Below, piece by piece: positions 26,931 to 37,600 of a stretch of 59,700 bases of DNA. Under the pieces are notes generated by a model. It had not been told where the DNA came from. It did not search any database and saw only the letters and a program-made list of their open reading frames with translations. Position 1 is the stretch's first letter; each line of letters opens with the position of its first letter. The position numbers and the translations under genes were made by a program. The DNA comes from Alistipes finegoldii (GTDB lineage: Bacteria > Bacillota > Clostridia > Christensenellales > UBA1242), in the NCBI GenBank assembly GCA_963614045.1, contig CAVEBU010000004.1, positions 1-59,700 of the forward strand, read 5' to 3'.

Positions 26931-28112
26931 CTATTCATCTTCGGAAAAACATTTCTTGATATGAACAGGCTTATCAGTCAAACTCTTGCAATAACAACGA
27001 CGACGACGCATTTGCTTCGTTTCAAAGGATTTCGTGAAAAGTTGCTGAACTTTATAATTATCTTCCAACTGCAAATTAGTTTCGCAAAAATCTATATCGT
27101 TATAATGTTTAGCAATTCTATCCAAAATATGATGGAAAATGATTGATGTAATTCCCTTGTCTTTATACTCCTTTTTCACACCGATGAGTAGCATTTCAAG
27201 AGCTTTCGGGTTGTTTAATTCGTGCAAAACCTTAACCCAACCGAACGGAAGCAATTTCCCGCCACACTCCTTGACAGACTGTGCAATGCTCGGCATCAAA
27301 ATTCCGACGCCAACGACATGTTCATTTTCGTCTACCAAAATCGAAATCAGGTCTTTTTTGAGAACCAACTTAAACTGCCCAACCAGGCTTTCACGAATGT
27401 CCTGCGTAATCGGAACAGTCCCGTAAAGCGAACTGTACGCCTCGTCCAGAACATCAAAAATTTCATCATAGTAATTTTTTATAAGCCAAGGAATACTTTT
27501 TATATTCAATTCGTGAACGCCAGCACGTTTTTCAATAGCGTCACTAAGCCTACCCGTACGATCATCGCAGTCTTTTGTTCGCCAAAAACGATATTCAATC
27601 CAATCAACCTCTTTTTGATACCCGTTGTCAACAAACATTTTCTCAAAATAAGGATAATAATACTGACTATTCAGCGTGGAAATCGTATCAAACCCCTCAA
27701 TAAGCAACCCCTCACGCTCCATATCAGCAAATCCTAGCGGGCCATGAATCTCCTCCATACCCAAATCTCTTCCCCAATTCTCGACAGTCTCAATTAATAG
27801 CTTTGCAACCTCAGCGTTATCAATACAGTCAAACCGACTAATGCGGACACGCTTTTCATTATTCTTTTCATTATAAAGATAACTCACAATTCCGCAAACT
27901 CGCCCGACAATCTTGCCGTTTTCGTCTTTGCAAAGGAAACATTGCGCAGTCGCACCCGACCTTTGATAAGGGCTTTTCTTGGGATCCAAATACAACATTT
28001 CATCACTAAAAAATGGTGGCACAAAATATTCACATCCCTTATACAAATCCAACTGAAAATTTACAAATTGCTTCAACTGTTTTTTTGTTGTTACTGGTTC
28101 TATCGTGTACAT
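26931..28112 (-). CDS. GNAT-like acyltransferase family protein (putative)
   Basis: 393 aa. The N-terminal half resembles the large uncharacterised GNAT-fold family (FVNFQLDLYKG...YFVPP), and the C-terminal half has LLIGVKKEYKDKGITSIIF, which resembles an acetyl-CoA binding beta4-alpha3 segment. Confidence 0.45.
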   Translation of the reverse strand: MYTIEPVTTKKQLKQFVNFQLDLYKGCEYFVPPFFSDEMLYLDPKKSPYQRSGATAQCFLCKDENGKIVGRVCGIVSYLYNEKNNEKRVRISRFDCIDNAEVAKLLIETVENWGRDLGMEEIHGPLGFADMEREGLLIEGFDTISTLNSQYYYPYFEKMFVDNGYQKEVDWIEYRFWRTKDCDDRTGRLSDAIEKRAGVHELNIKSIPWLIKNYYDEIFDVLDEAYSSLYGTVPITQDIRESLVGQFKLVLKKDLISILVDENEHVVGVGILMPSIAQSVKECGGKLLPFGWVKVLHELNNPKALEMLLIGVKKEYKDKGITSIIFHHILDRIAKHYNDIDFCETNLQLEDNYKVQQLFTKSFETKQMRRRRCYCKSLTDKPVHIKKCFSEDE

Positions 28113-28285
28113 TCTATTCTTCCTTAAATTTGTTATACTATATTATAACAAATTATAGAAAAAAAATCATCTATTTTGGGTCATTTTTTACAAAATAAAT
28201 CTGATTTTTTAATCTTGTTTTGCTTGAATAATATACATAATTTTTTATGAATATAACACGAATTTGACAACGTAAATAAAGCGAA

Positions 28286-28672
28286 TTAGAACACGTTATG
28301 CCAATCAAAACCCACCATTTCGCCAAAAGTAGTAACCACATGTAACAGCGTATTACACTCGACTCTAGCCAATTCAAAATCTTCATTTTGCAGGTGCGAA
28401 CTAACCAAATCCGCTTGTTTTCCAATAGCTTCAATATCACGATAATCCACAAATAAACATATTATCGTTTCTCTTTCTTTCCAAAAATCAATGATATTTT
28501 GCGTTTTTTCACTACTTTTTTGCAAATTTTGGTCACTAATTAACGTATCAAGCGCAACAATCTCCGTTTTTAGCGATGATATTGTTTGGTCGGTGTAGAC
28601 TTGTTCAAAGGTCGCAAGACCACTAACAATCAGCACCAACACAAGAATAGCCCAGAACTTTTTTGTTACCAT
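28286..28672 (-). CDS. DUF4363-like small membrane-anchored protein
   Basis: 128 aa with an N-terminal TM helix. Directly downstream of and abutting a DUF421 gene, the usual DUF421-DUF4363 pairing in Clostridia. Confidence 0.5.
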   Translation of the reverse strand: MVTKKFWAILVLVLIVSGLATFEQVYTDQTISSLKTEIVALDTLISDQNLQKSSEKTQNIIDFWKERETIICLFVDYRDIEAIGKQADLVSSHLQNEDFELARVECNTLLHVVTTFGEMVGFDWHNVF

Positions 28673-29404
28673 TTACCATTCTCCTTTGTAGTCAATTTTT
28701 TTGCTACTAGATTGTCCGTCTTTCGTTTCAATAAAGCACTCACCCTCCGAATCAATCGTGCATAATAATACATTTTTTACGTCGTTAATTTCAAATAATT
28801 TTAGTATGTCAATCACACGATTTTTGCTTAACTTGGCAATTTTTAAATTAGGCGAAACAATCTTTCCGCTCGAAACCAAAATTAGTGGAAGTGTATTTTC
28901 AGGAAGTGTTAATCCGATGTCTTGTGTAGTCACGTTACTAGCAGACTTTTTGGGAATGACCGACATTTTGCCGTTTGTTTCGATAATTGCATAAAGCACA
29001 TCATCTACTGAAAAATAGTTGCATCCTCTTATCCCCTCCATTAAATCATCGAGCGACATATTAAGTTGCTTCAGCGAATCAAATTGAATACCATCTGGCG
29101 AAATCACTATTATAGGTTTGCCGTTTACTATTTTACGCACAAAGATACTTTTTCTTGCACAAACACTTACAATAAAATGGATAATCACCAAGGTTGTCAA
29201 CGGGATGAAACTAAATGCCATCGGCATACTCGTTTGTGTCATAGGTAGCGCCGCAATATCTGCTATCAAAAGTGTTATCACTAATTCGAAGGGTTGCATT
29301 TCTCCTAACTGCCTCTTTCCCATAATTCGCAAATAAATTAGCACTACGAAATAAATTATCAAAACTCTACATAACAATACCAACATATTAGTAGAATTCA
29401 TCAT
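28673..29404 (-). CDS. DUF421 (YetF-like) membrane protein
   Basis: 243 aa. LRIMGKRQLGEMQPFELVITLLIADIA is the signature of the YetF_N/DUF421 family. Confidence 0.75.
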   Translation of the reverse strand: MMNSTNMLVLLCRVLIIYFVVLIYLRIMGKRQLGEMQPFELVITLLIADIAALPMTQTSMPMAFSFIPLTTLVIIHFIVSVCARKSIFVRKIVNGKPIIVISPDGIQFDSLKQLNMSLDDLMEGIRGCNYFSVDDVLYAIIETNGKMSVIPKKSASNVTTQDIGLTLPENTLPLILVSSGKIVSPNLKIAKLSKNRVIDILKLFEINDVKNVLLCTIDSEGECFIETKDGQSSSKKIDYKGEW

Positions 29405-29415
29405 TTTTATCGTTT

Positions 29416-30942
29416 TTATGCAATTTTTTCCAATTTTTTACGCTTTTTTAAGTTAATTTTAATCAAAACACCAGAAATATCCACCAATTTAAATATCCAG
29501 CACAGTATACAAAAGCAACCACAACCCGCACATGCGCCTAAAATTAAAGCGACAACATTAGGCATACAAAATAGCATAACTTCGTAAGTCCATTTTGCGA
29601 GTAAACTTGCAGGAATTATAAACAAAATCATTAAAAATAGCGGTTTTAATAGCAAAAAATTAAGTTTTGTGTACTTTTTTAGCATTATTAGATTAAGCAT
29701 TGTAGTCACAGACATACATGCACCGAACCCCCAAATCAGAGAATCTACCCCCATTATTCCGCTCAGTGCAATTACTATTATCAAAAGCAACGCCCCACCC
29801 ACAATATTATTGACAAAACTTTTAACTTCCAAATTAAAAGCATTGAGTATACTGCTTGTAATATTGCTTAACCCTAAAGGAATCATAACCCACGCACTTC
29901 TGCTCAAATAAATTCCACTGCTAATATTGTCATACAAAAACACCCCTATCGCTTCACCGCAACCAATATAAAATGGAATTATTACAGCAGATACAAATAA
30001 CGCAAACGAAAGACTCGTAGTTATGCGACTGCTAACTAATTTATCATTTTTTTGTGCAATTGCGGTAGATAAATCGGGGATTAACGCAAAACTCAACGCC
30101 CCCACAATAGTCGACGGCAAAAACAACAGCGGAAAAGTCATTCCCATAGCCATACCATATGATTCCATCGCTTGCTCGCTTGTGTATCCCGCCAAAACCA
30201 GCATTGCAGGAAACAGTACCGCAATTATTGGCTGAATCAAACTACTTGCCACCCGAACCCCCGTTACTGGAGTGGAGCTTTTGATTAGTGGTTTATAACA
30301 AAATTTGGGCGAAACAAGTCTATTTCCCTTGCAAAAATACACAATTACTACGAAAATCGCACTCAAAACGCACGCAATTGACATCGAAATACCCGCAACA
30401 AGCCCGCCATCTAGCGATGAAAAAATCCATTTTGCCATTAGCCAGAAAACCAAAATTCTAAAAACTTGCTCCAAAAGTTCCGCCAAGCTCACATTAAAAT
30501 AGTCCTGAGCACCCCACAGCGCACCACGAAAAGCCGAATAAACCGCACTACAAATTACTGCTGGCAACAAACTTATCAAAATGTATATGCAGCGCTCGTC
30601 CGCAAACATATTTCCCACATAATTGTGAAAAAGTAGCAATAAACCGCACAAAATGATCGCAATAGTTACCCCAACAATCAAGGCACTTGCAACCATCGAC
30701 CCACAACGTTTAGTGTCACCTTCAACCTTATACCTTGCAATAGATTTCGACACAGCAAGAGGAATTCCACTGCTGACAATCACAATTAGCACCATAAAAA
30801 CGCTAAAAGCAACCTGATATACGCCTAAAAGTTCCGCCCCAAGCTCACGAGACAAGTAAATTCTAAACAAAAAGCCCAAAAAACGAGTCAAAACGGAGAA
30901 GCCAGCAATTATCAACACTGATTGAAATAATGTTTTTGACAC
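29416..30942 (-). CDS. MOP-superfamily flippase, SpoVB/MurJ-like
   Basis: 508 aa with about 14 TM helices. The N-terminal block IIAGFSVLTRFLGFLFRIYLSRELGAELLGVYQVAF is typical of SpoVB/polysaccharide biosynthesis proteins. Confidence 0.8.
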   Translation of the reverse strand: MSKTLFQSVLIIAGFSVLTRFLGFLFRIYLSRELGAELLGVYQVAFSVFMVLIVIVSSGIPLAVSKSIARYKVEGDTKRCGSMVASALIVGVTIAIILCGLLLLFHNYVGNMFADERCIYILISLLPAVICSAVYSAFRGALWGAQDYFNVSLAELLEQVFRILVFWLMAKWIFSSLDGGLVAGISMSIACVLSAIFVVIVYFCKGNRLVSPKFCYKPLIKSSTPVTGVRVASSLIQPIIAVLFPAMLVLAGYTSEQAMESYGMAMGMTFPLLFLPSTIVGALSFALIPDLSTAIAQKNDKLVSSRITTSLSFALFVSAVIIPFYIGCGEAIGVFLYDNISSGIYLSRSAWVMIPLGLSNITSSILNAFNLEVKSFVNNIVGGALLLIIVIALSGIMGVDSLIWGFGACMSVTTMLNLIMLKKYTKLNFLLLKPLFLMILFIIPASLLAKWTYEVMLFCMPNVVALILGACAGCGCFCILCWIFKLVDISGVLIKINLKKRKKLEKIA

Positions 30943-30951
30943 AATACTCTC

Positions 30952-31275
30952 CTATTTGTCTTCAATAAACAACTGCATTCCTACAAAAATTTTCTCGCTT
31001 TTAAGCCCATTTAACTGCTTTAACCTATCAACAGTCATGTTGTTTCGCTCAGCAATCATCGATAAAGTCTGTAAAGGCTCAACAATTACCCGCTTTTTGC
31101 CAAAATCTTTAAGCAAAATCATACAACCGTTATAAACATTAGTAAGCATAGGGTTATTTTGCCGAATTTCTTGTACGCTTGTCCCGAATTTATGCGCAAT
31201 ACTTTCCAAACTTTCACCATCACCGCAAGTATACAAAATCTCATTACGCTTTTCTTGTTCTAATATTTTAATCAT
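30952..31275 (-). CDS. small protein with two LysM domains, no signal peptide
   Basis: 107 aa with two segments fitting the LysM pattern: YTCGDGESLESIAHKFGTSVQEIRQNN...GCMILL and EPLQTLSMIAERNNMTVDRLKQLNGL...GMQLFI. Confidence 0.75.
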   Translation of the reverse strand: MIKILEQEKRNEILYTCGDGESLESIAHKFGTSVQEIRQNNPMLTNVYNGCMILLKDFGKKRVIVEPLQTLSMIAERNNMTVDRLKQLNGLKSEKIFVGMQLFIEDK

Positions 31276-31323
31276 ACCTTATTTTATTAAAAAAGCGTGC
31301 CGAATATGACAAAAACTCCCTCG

Positions 31324-31881
31324 TTAGAGAGAGTTTTTGTTCTCAATTTTCTGCATATTATACATTGCCATTGGTTGAAATTTCCTTGTCTTTACCCAGA
31401 ATTTGCCTACACGAGTAGTCAATTTTTCATTATACGTCTTAACCATAGAATTGTAAAATTGACGACTTTTGTTGATAAATTCTTGATTTTTATATAAAAT
31501 ATCGCAAATTTCTTGGTTTTTTGGCGAAATTTCTTGTTTTTTCTCTTGATAAACAAGCAAAGCCCGTTCAATTGCCATTTCAAGTTTTGCTTCGTTTTTT
31601 AATTGTTCGGGAATCGAAGCACTCGCCATAGCCAAATTTCTTGCCGACAACATTTGCTCCTTAATTTCTTCATCACAAGCCCCGCCGACAGCCTCTACAA
31701 AAGCAGAAACGTCCTCATACCTACCTTTTAATAAGCTATTAAGTTCGCCAAACGAATCTTCCGCATTGTTGCGCTTGTTAATAATAGACTGATACACAGC
31801 CCAAAACCACCAAGCAACAAAAATCACAACAACCAAAACCAAACATCCTAAAACGATTCCGAGAATTGCGCCTATTGTCAT
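31324..31881 (-). CDS. LemA family protein
   Basis: 185 aa with an N-terminal TM helix. The C-terminal SRQFYNSMVKTYNEKLTT...FQPM matches the LemA conserved end. Confidence 0.75.
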   Translation of the reverse strand: MTIGAILGIVLGCLVLVVVIFVAWWFWAVYQSIINKRNNAEDSFGELNSLLKGRYEDVSAFVEAVGGACDEEIKEQMLSARNLAMASASIPEQLKNEAKLEMAIERALLVYQEKKQEISPKNQEICDILYKNQEFINKSRQFYNSMVKTYNEKLTTRVGKFWVKTRKFQPMAMYNMQKIENKNSL

Positions 31882-32006
31882 AACATATACCTCACAAAAT
31901 GTTTATCTTATTATAAACTAAAAATTAAAATTTGACAAATGATTGAGTAAAATTTTATAAAAACTACAAAAAAAGTCACTTTTTCGTGACTTTTTTACAT
32001 ATTTTA

Positions 32007-34631
32007 CTACCTTTCAAGAGATTTTGATACTACAGGCTTGTTCGCTTGATAGTCAGCAATAATCTTGACAAGCTCGGCAGCGGACTTGTTCATTTTGTTA
32101 ATTTCCGACTTGCTAGCGCCACGCTCTTTTGCTTCAACCGCTTCTTGCTTGAGTTTCGCTATCAAATTTTTAATCTTTTTGATATTACGTGTGCGTTCTG
32201 CTTTGCTTGCATTGGTAGCTTTCTCCATAGTCTTAAGAGTTTCGTCAATTTGAGCTCTCAATTCCTCTTGTTGTTTCTTCAAACGCTCGTTTTCGGCATT
32301 GATTTGCTTTTGCAAAGCCTCCAATTCCTCATTTGCTGTCGCCTTTTTCTCTTCTGCAATCGCTTTTTCTTCCGCTTTTGACTTATTAATCTCTTCGATT
32401 TCCTTCTTTAAAGCATCTACGGTAGATTTAACGTCCTCGATTGCTTCTTTATTCTCTTTATGCACTGCCTTTAATTTCTTATCAATTTCTTTTACTTCTT
32501 CTTTTGAAGCTTCTTTATCGACGTCTTTTTCTTCTTTTTTTGCGTCTTCTTTAGCTTTTTCCTCTTTTTCTTGCGTAACATCGATATTTTTTGCAGGTTT
32601 TATATTCTTTTTGTTCTTGAGTTGAGCATTATCGCTTTTCTTTTTAACAGGCTTTTGCTCCTCAGTAACAACAGGAATTTCCTCTTGTGGTTGTGTCGGA
32701 ACAAAATTCTCAACAGGTTGAGGCTGAGCATAATCAACTTGAGGTTGCTCAACAAATTCCGTTTCAATAGGTTGAGCATTTTCTTCATAAGTAAATTCAG
32801 TAGGCGCTTGCGGGTATTCTACATGTGATTCGTATTGCGGTTGTTCAACGAACATATCAGGCTGTTGCTCAACATACGGCTGTTCAATATACGCTTGTTC
32901 GGTCGGCATAACAGGTTGCTGTTCAAACTGCTGAGTAGGTTCGCTAAAACCACCATTTGCAAAATTTTCCTCCGCAACAAACTGGTCAGCGCTTACATTT
33001 GCAGGTGCATTTTCTTCAACAAATTGGTCTTGCGGAGCTGACGGAACTGCTGTAAACTCGTCCACTTTTGCCTCATTTACAGCATTTTCATCTACAGCAA
33101 CCATGTCAGGATCGTAATGCTCAGGCTCTTTGATAATCGCCTCAATATTTACCGCATTTTTACCCCGCTTTTTGTTCATATCCTTGATAATCGTCTTGGC
33201 TTTGCGTAATTCGTGACGCAAATTTTCCACCTCGATTGAGCGAGCTTCCACCAAATTATCACGTTTTTCAATGTCTTTATTGTACTCTTGAACCTTCGCT
33301 TTCAGCCTTGCGATAACCATTTCAAGATCACGCATCTGCTCAGAATTGTCACGAGTAATCTTGTCCGTAAGCTCTTGATAAACTTTTGTCGCAAAAGTAT
33401 CATATTCAGATTTAAGTGCAGTTTCCACTTCTTCTTTGTTTGTTTCCACAATTTCCTTGCGTTTTTGAATCTCGACCTTAAGCGCATCGATTTGAACTTG
33501 CTCTTTGTTTAGCATTGTCTCAAGGTCTTTTTCAAGTTTCGCTTTTTTATTCATTTCATCAGTTGCCTGTCGCCTGTTGTAGTTGATTTCCACACGGTTG
33601 GTCGTTTCCGCCATAGCTTTATCAAGTCGCTCCAAATTCTCTTTAATCGCCTGCAATTTCCTATTCGCTTCACGCTCAATATCTTCTTTGTTGGCTTCAG
33701 ATTTTTGCAACTGCTTCTCCAAATCAGTGATTTCTTGCTGAATTTGAATTTTGCTCATCAAGAATTTTTCGCTTTCCGTTACAGCACGCTCAATTAATTG
33801 CGCACCGTTTACACCCAAATCGGCAAAATTATATGGGCTGTGATTTGCGTCCTCTTGCTTCGCCTTTTCCAAAAGTCTTTGCTCTTCCAAAGCACGTTTC
33901 TCCAAATATTCACGCAAAACAGGGATTCCTGCATTGATTTCTTTCGGAGTGAATAGCAATTCGTAGTCCACATAATCAGGCATTGCGTTAGTACACTTGT
34001 CAATATTTCTCATAAAATCAGTGAATTCGTCATAAAAACTATTCGTCACATTGTTATAACGCAACTGCACAATCATACAAAACACGCACCCAAAAAGCCC
34101 GACAATAAGCGGGATTGAAAACAATTGTAAAAGCACCGAAATGCTCAAATACTTGTCACCACTGCCGATAGCCATATAGGACACCGCACCGATACAAGAC
34201 AAGATTGCTAACACAATCGTCGTGTAAGTAATTTGCTTGCGAACAGACTTATAGGCGCTGTTGTACAACGGTCTTTTTACACAATATTCCACCGTCATAT
34301 AGCGACTCGGACTGCCCTCACGCTCCAACATAAACAACTGCCACCTATCCCTAAAGCGACGAGGCAATTTCCTCATACGATTATGGAATTCCACAAGATT
34401 TGCATCGTTTACCTTGGGATTTTCCTTTAAATATTTATTAATTCTATGCATTTGCCGAATTGCTCGACTTTCGTAACACCACACGAGGCGAACAATCGCT
34501 GCGACAAAAATTACCGCCAGTAACCCTACCGATACAAATAGGATAACGTCCAAGTTCATACTTGAAACGATGCTCTTGAAGAAATCAACAATAGCATCCA
34601 AAGCGGTTTCTGCACCTAATAATGAAATCAT
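32007..34631 (-). CDS. membrane-anchored long coiled-coil protein with Q/P/E-rich linker, unknown function
   Basis: 874 aa with three hydrophobic helices in the first ~190 aa. Then come heptad-like K/E/Q/L-rich sequence, degenerate (F/Y)VEQP(Q) repeats at about aa 540-650, and a K/E-rich C-terminal coiled coil. Confidence 0.6.
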   Translation of the reverse strand: MISLLGAETALDAIVDFFKSIVSSMNLDVILFVSVGLLAVIFVAAIVRLVWCYESRAIRQMHRINKYLKENPKVNDANLVEFHNRMRKLPRRFRDRWQLFMLEREGSPSRYMTVEYCVKRPLYNSAYKSVRKQITYTTIVLAILSCIGAVSYMAIGSGDKYLSISVLLQLFSIPLIVGLFGCVFCMIVQLRYNNVTNSFYDEFTDFMRNIDKCTNAMPDYVDYELLFTPKEINAGIPVLREYLEKRALEEQRLLEKAKQEDANHSPYNFADLGVNGAQLIERAVTESEKFLMSKIQIQQEITDLEKQLQKSEANKEDIEREANRKLQAIKENLERLDKAMAETTNRVEINYNRRQATDEMNKKAKLEKDLETMLNKEQVQIDALKVEIQKRKEIVETNKEEVETALKSEYDTFATKVYQELTDKITRDNSEQMRDLEMVIARLKAKVQEYNKDIEKRDNLVEARSIEVENLRHELRKAKTIIKDMNKKRGKNAVNIEAIIKEPEHYDPDMVAVDENAVNEAKVDEFTAVPSAPQDQFVEENAPANVSADQFVAEENFANGGFSEPTQQFEQQPVMPTEQAYIEQPYVEQQPDMFVEQPQYESHVEYPQAPTEFTYEENAQPIETEFVEQPQVDYAQPQPVENFVPTQPQEEIPVVTEEQKPVKKKSDNAQLKNKKNIKPAKNIDVTQEKEEKAKEDAKKEEKDVDKEASKEEVKEIDKKLKAVHKENKEAIEDVKSTVDALKKEIEEINKSKAEEKAIAEEKKATANEELEALQKQINAENERLKKQQEELRAQIDETLKTMEKATNASKAERTRNIKKIKNLIAKLKQEAVEAKERGASKSEINKMNKSAAELVKIIADYQANKPVVSKSLER

Positions 34632-34693
34632 ATAAAACTCCTATTTTTTCACAAAGCTTGTCTATCTTTGCACTACTATTATACAAAAAATTC

Positions 34694-37600
34694 TTAATAA
34701 TTGTCAATTAATATTAAGCGTTCTTGCAAAAAAAAGTAAAGAAATTTGCTTTTTACTGGTTTTTTGTAAACATTTTCAACCGCTTTTTGATAACAACGCA
34801 GTTGTGTGCTATATTTTTGAGCAGTTTTTTCCAAATCACGAGTGTTACTCGTCTTATAATCAAGCAAGATAATTTGGTCGTCTTTGAGTATAATTAAGTC
34901 AATAATTCCTTGCACCAAAATCTCATCGGCAACGTCGGTTTTGATTAATTCGTTAAGCGGAATTTGCATCATAAACTCTTGCTCACGCAACAATTTTGCA
35001 CCACAAACAATCGGTCGCAAATTGCGGACTGCCTGCAGTATTTTGCCACAATCAATCAAATTCAATTCATCTTCAGTCAATTTTTTGCCCAAAAATTCAC
35101 GGATTTCAGGCTCGCTATCCAACCCGAAATCAATCAACTGCATCGCCTTGTGGAACGCAATCCCGACTTCAGTATCCACATGTTCGTGCGCCTTATCTTC
35201 AGTCAAATCAAACTTTTTCGGCTCGTCACAAACACTCTCCCCCATATCAAACGCAAAGCGATTTAGCATAGTTACGGAATTATTCAGTGCCACTTTTGTA
35301 CTACTTTGATATGGATAACTGAAATTCATATTTTTTGCGACTATGTTGCAGTATTTTGCGGGAATACTCTCAAAATATGTAGGGAAAGTGACATTTTCGG
35401 CACTTTCTTCAGTTTGCGGAACATCAACCAAAGTATATGTAACATCATTGCCAGCAACCTTTTGCGTAAAACTTTTTACGCTTTTTAACGACTCAACTGC
35501 GTCAGTACTCAAGGAAGATAGTATCAAGCTCAAGTCATTTTGCGTGCTTTTTAGCATATAGGCGGACTGATACGGCTGAAAAGTATCTATTTTTATAGCG
35601 CCCGAAATGAACAAGTGATTCTTTGCACGAGTCATTGCGACATACAAAAGACGCTGTCTTTCCGCCAAATCTTTATCTTTGCCCGCAAGTTTTACGGCAC
35701 TATGCAAAATTGTTTTACGCTTTATTCGATTTTTGGAATCATAAGCATACATACCAATTCCAAGTTCCGAACTAAGTAGAAAATCTCCCTTTTTGTCATC
35801 TATATTATACTGATGACCGCAATCTACCATAAAAACAATAGGATATTCCAACCCCTTACTTTCATGCATAGTTGCAACACCAATCACGCTTGCTTCCGTA
35901 TTCGGCTCACGAGAAATATCTGGTTTGTCCATATTTTCTTCCATATTCGCCAAATAATCACGCAAATCAAAGTTAAATTTTTTGTCAATAAAACTATTCA
36001 CAAACCCCATCACGTTTCGCACTCTACCTTCCCCATCTTGCATTGCGCCAACAATATTGAGGTAATTCGTTTCTTGACAAAAATCCATTAAAACTTGATA
36101 AATCGTGCCATTTATGAGTGCATAACGGCTTTTTTCTATCAAATCGAGCGCAAATTTGATTTTTTGTCCAATTTCATCATCGAAATCATACCCCAAAACA
36201 CACTGATAAAAATATTCTGCGGACGGGTTGCTTTGACGAATTTTACACAAATCTTCTTCATCAAGACTGATAACGGGCGAAACCAAAAATTCCGTAATAA
36301 AAATATCGTCCGTTCGGTTATTAACCAAATTCAAGTAATCGAATAGCAAACGCACTTCATATTCTTTTAAAACACTTTCCTTGCTAAGCGGAGCAACGGG
36401 TAGGCCTAATTCAGTCAGCGTGTTCAAAATTTCAACTAGTGCATCGCTACGTGTACGAGCCAAAATTGTGATATCGTTAAATTGAATTTCTCGGTCAATT
36501 TTCTTCTTTGCATCGTAAATCGTCTTTTGCGTCCCCAAAAGATACATTATCTTATTATATATAGCATACGCTTCCGCTTTTGCGTAACTCTTTTCCACAT
36601 CTTCAACAAGCGGAGCAGTGCTTACTTGATAAACTCTACTTGCATCAAGTTTTTCTGCAGTCTCTTTTGTTTTATTTACAATCATAAATTCCACAGTCGG
36701 TAACGCTTTTGGGTTGTTGTGTTGATAACCTGAGGCGGAATTCATCGCATTCCCGTTATTATAATCGATACCAGCGAACTCTTTTGTCATTAAAATGCCA
36801 AAAACCCAGTTTACATAGTCCAAAACACGCTGGTCACTACGATAATTGTTATTTAAATTTATTGTAATTGAATTGCCAAAATCCTTGTCTTCTGCGCCAA
36901 ATTTCTCCAATTTATCAAGAAAAATCTGCGGATTCGTGTTTCTAAAGCCGTAGATACTCTGCTTTACATCGCCGACAAGGAAAATATCACGAATATCATG
37001 CACACGATTCAAAATTCCTTCCTGAATATCGTTGACATCTTGATATTCGTCCACATAAATTTGTCGATAACGACTGCGAACTTCCTCATTAACTTGCGGA
37101 TTTGACAAAATTTGGTACGCAAAATGCTCCAAATCGGAGAAATCTAGCAAATTTTTGTCTTTTTTTAACTGCAAATAGCGTTCTCTAAACTTTTGAACCA
37201 AATCAAGCATCGCATTTACAATTTTTTGACTAGACAAAATATCGCTCTTAATCAACTCAACATCATCAGTAATGTAATCTTCTAGAATCTTTGTAAGCCC
37301 ATCAGAAAACTTTTTCTTTACAGCGCTAACCCGTCTTCGCAAATCTTCTTCCTCAACCGACTTAGCTTTTGTACCTGGCAATGCCGAGAATTTAAGATTA
37401 AATGCTAAGTGCAAATTTTGCTCAAAAGTGTTGGTTTTTTTAATTTTTCCTAGCAAAACAACATATTCAGTCAATAAAACCGACATTTTTGGCAACGCAA
37501 CTCTAATTGCCTCCAGTCTAAATTCGTCAAAAACCTGATAATAATGCTCACAGAACTCCGCAGTGTTTTTGTTTAAGACTTTGGCAAACTTGTTTTTATT

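Noticed and set aside
32007-34631. Calling the 874-aa protein a ZorA/MotA-type stator (Zorya-like defence)
   Set aside because: Only a short GLFGxV-like stretch in one helix resembles TolQ/ExbB/MotA. The conserved second half of that domain, a MotB/ZorB-like partner with a TM Asp, and ZorC/D-type genes are all absent. It is kept only as a weak hypothesis inside the finding.
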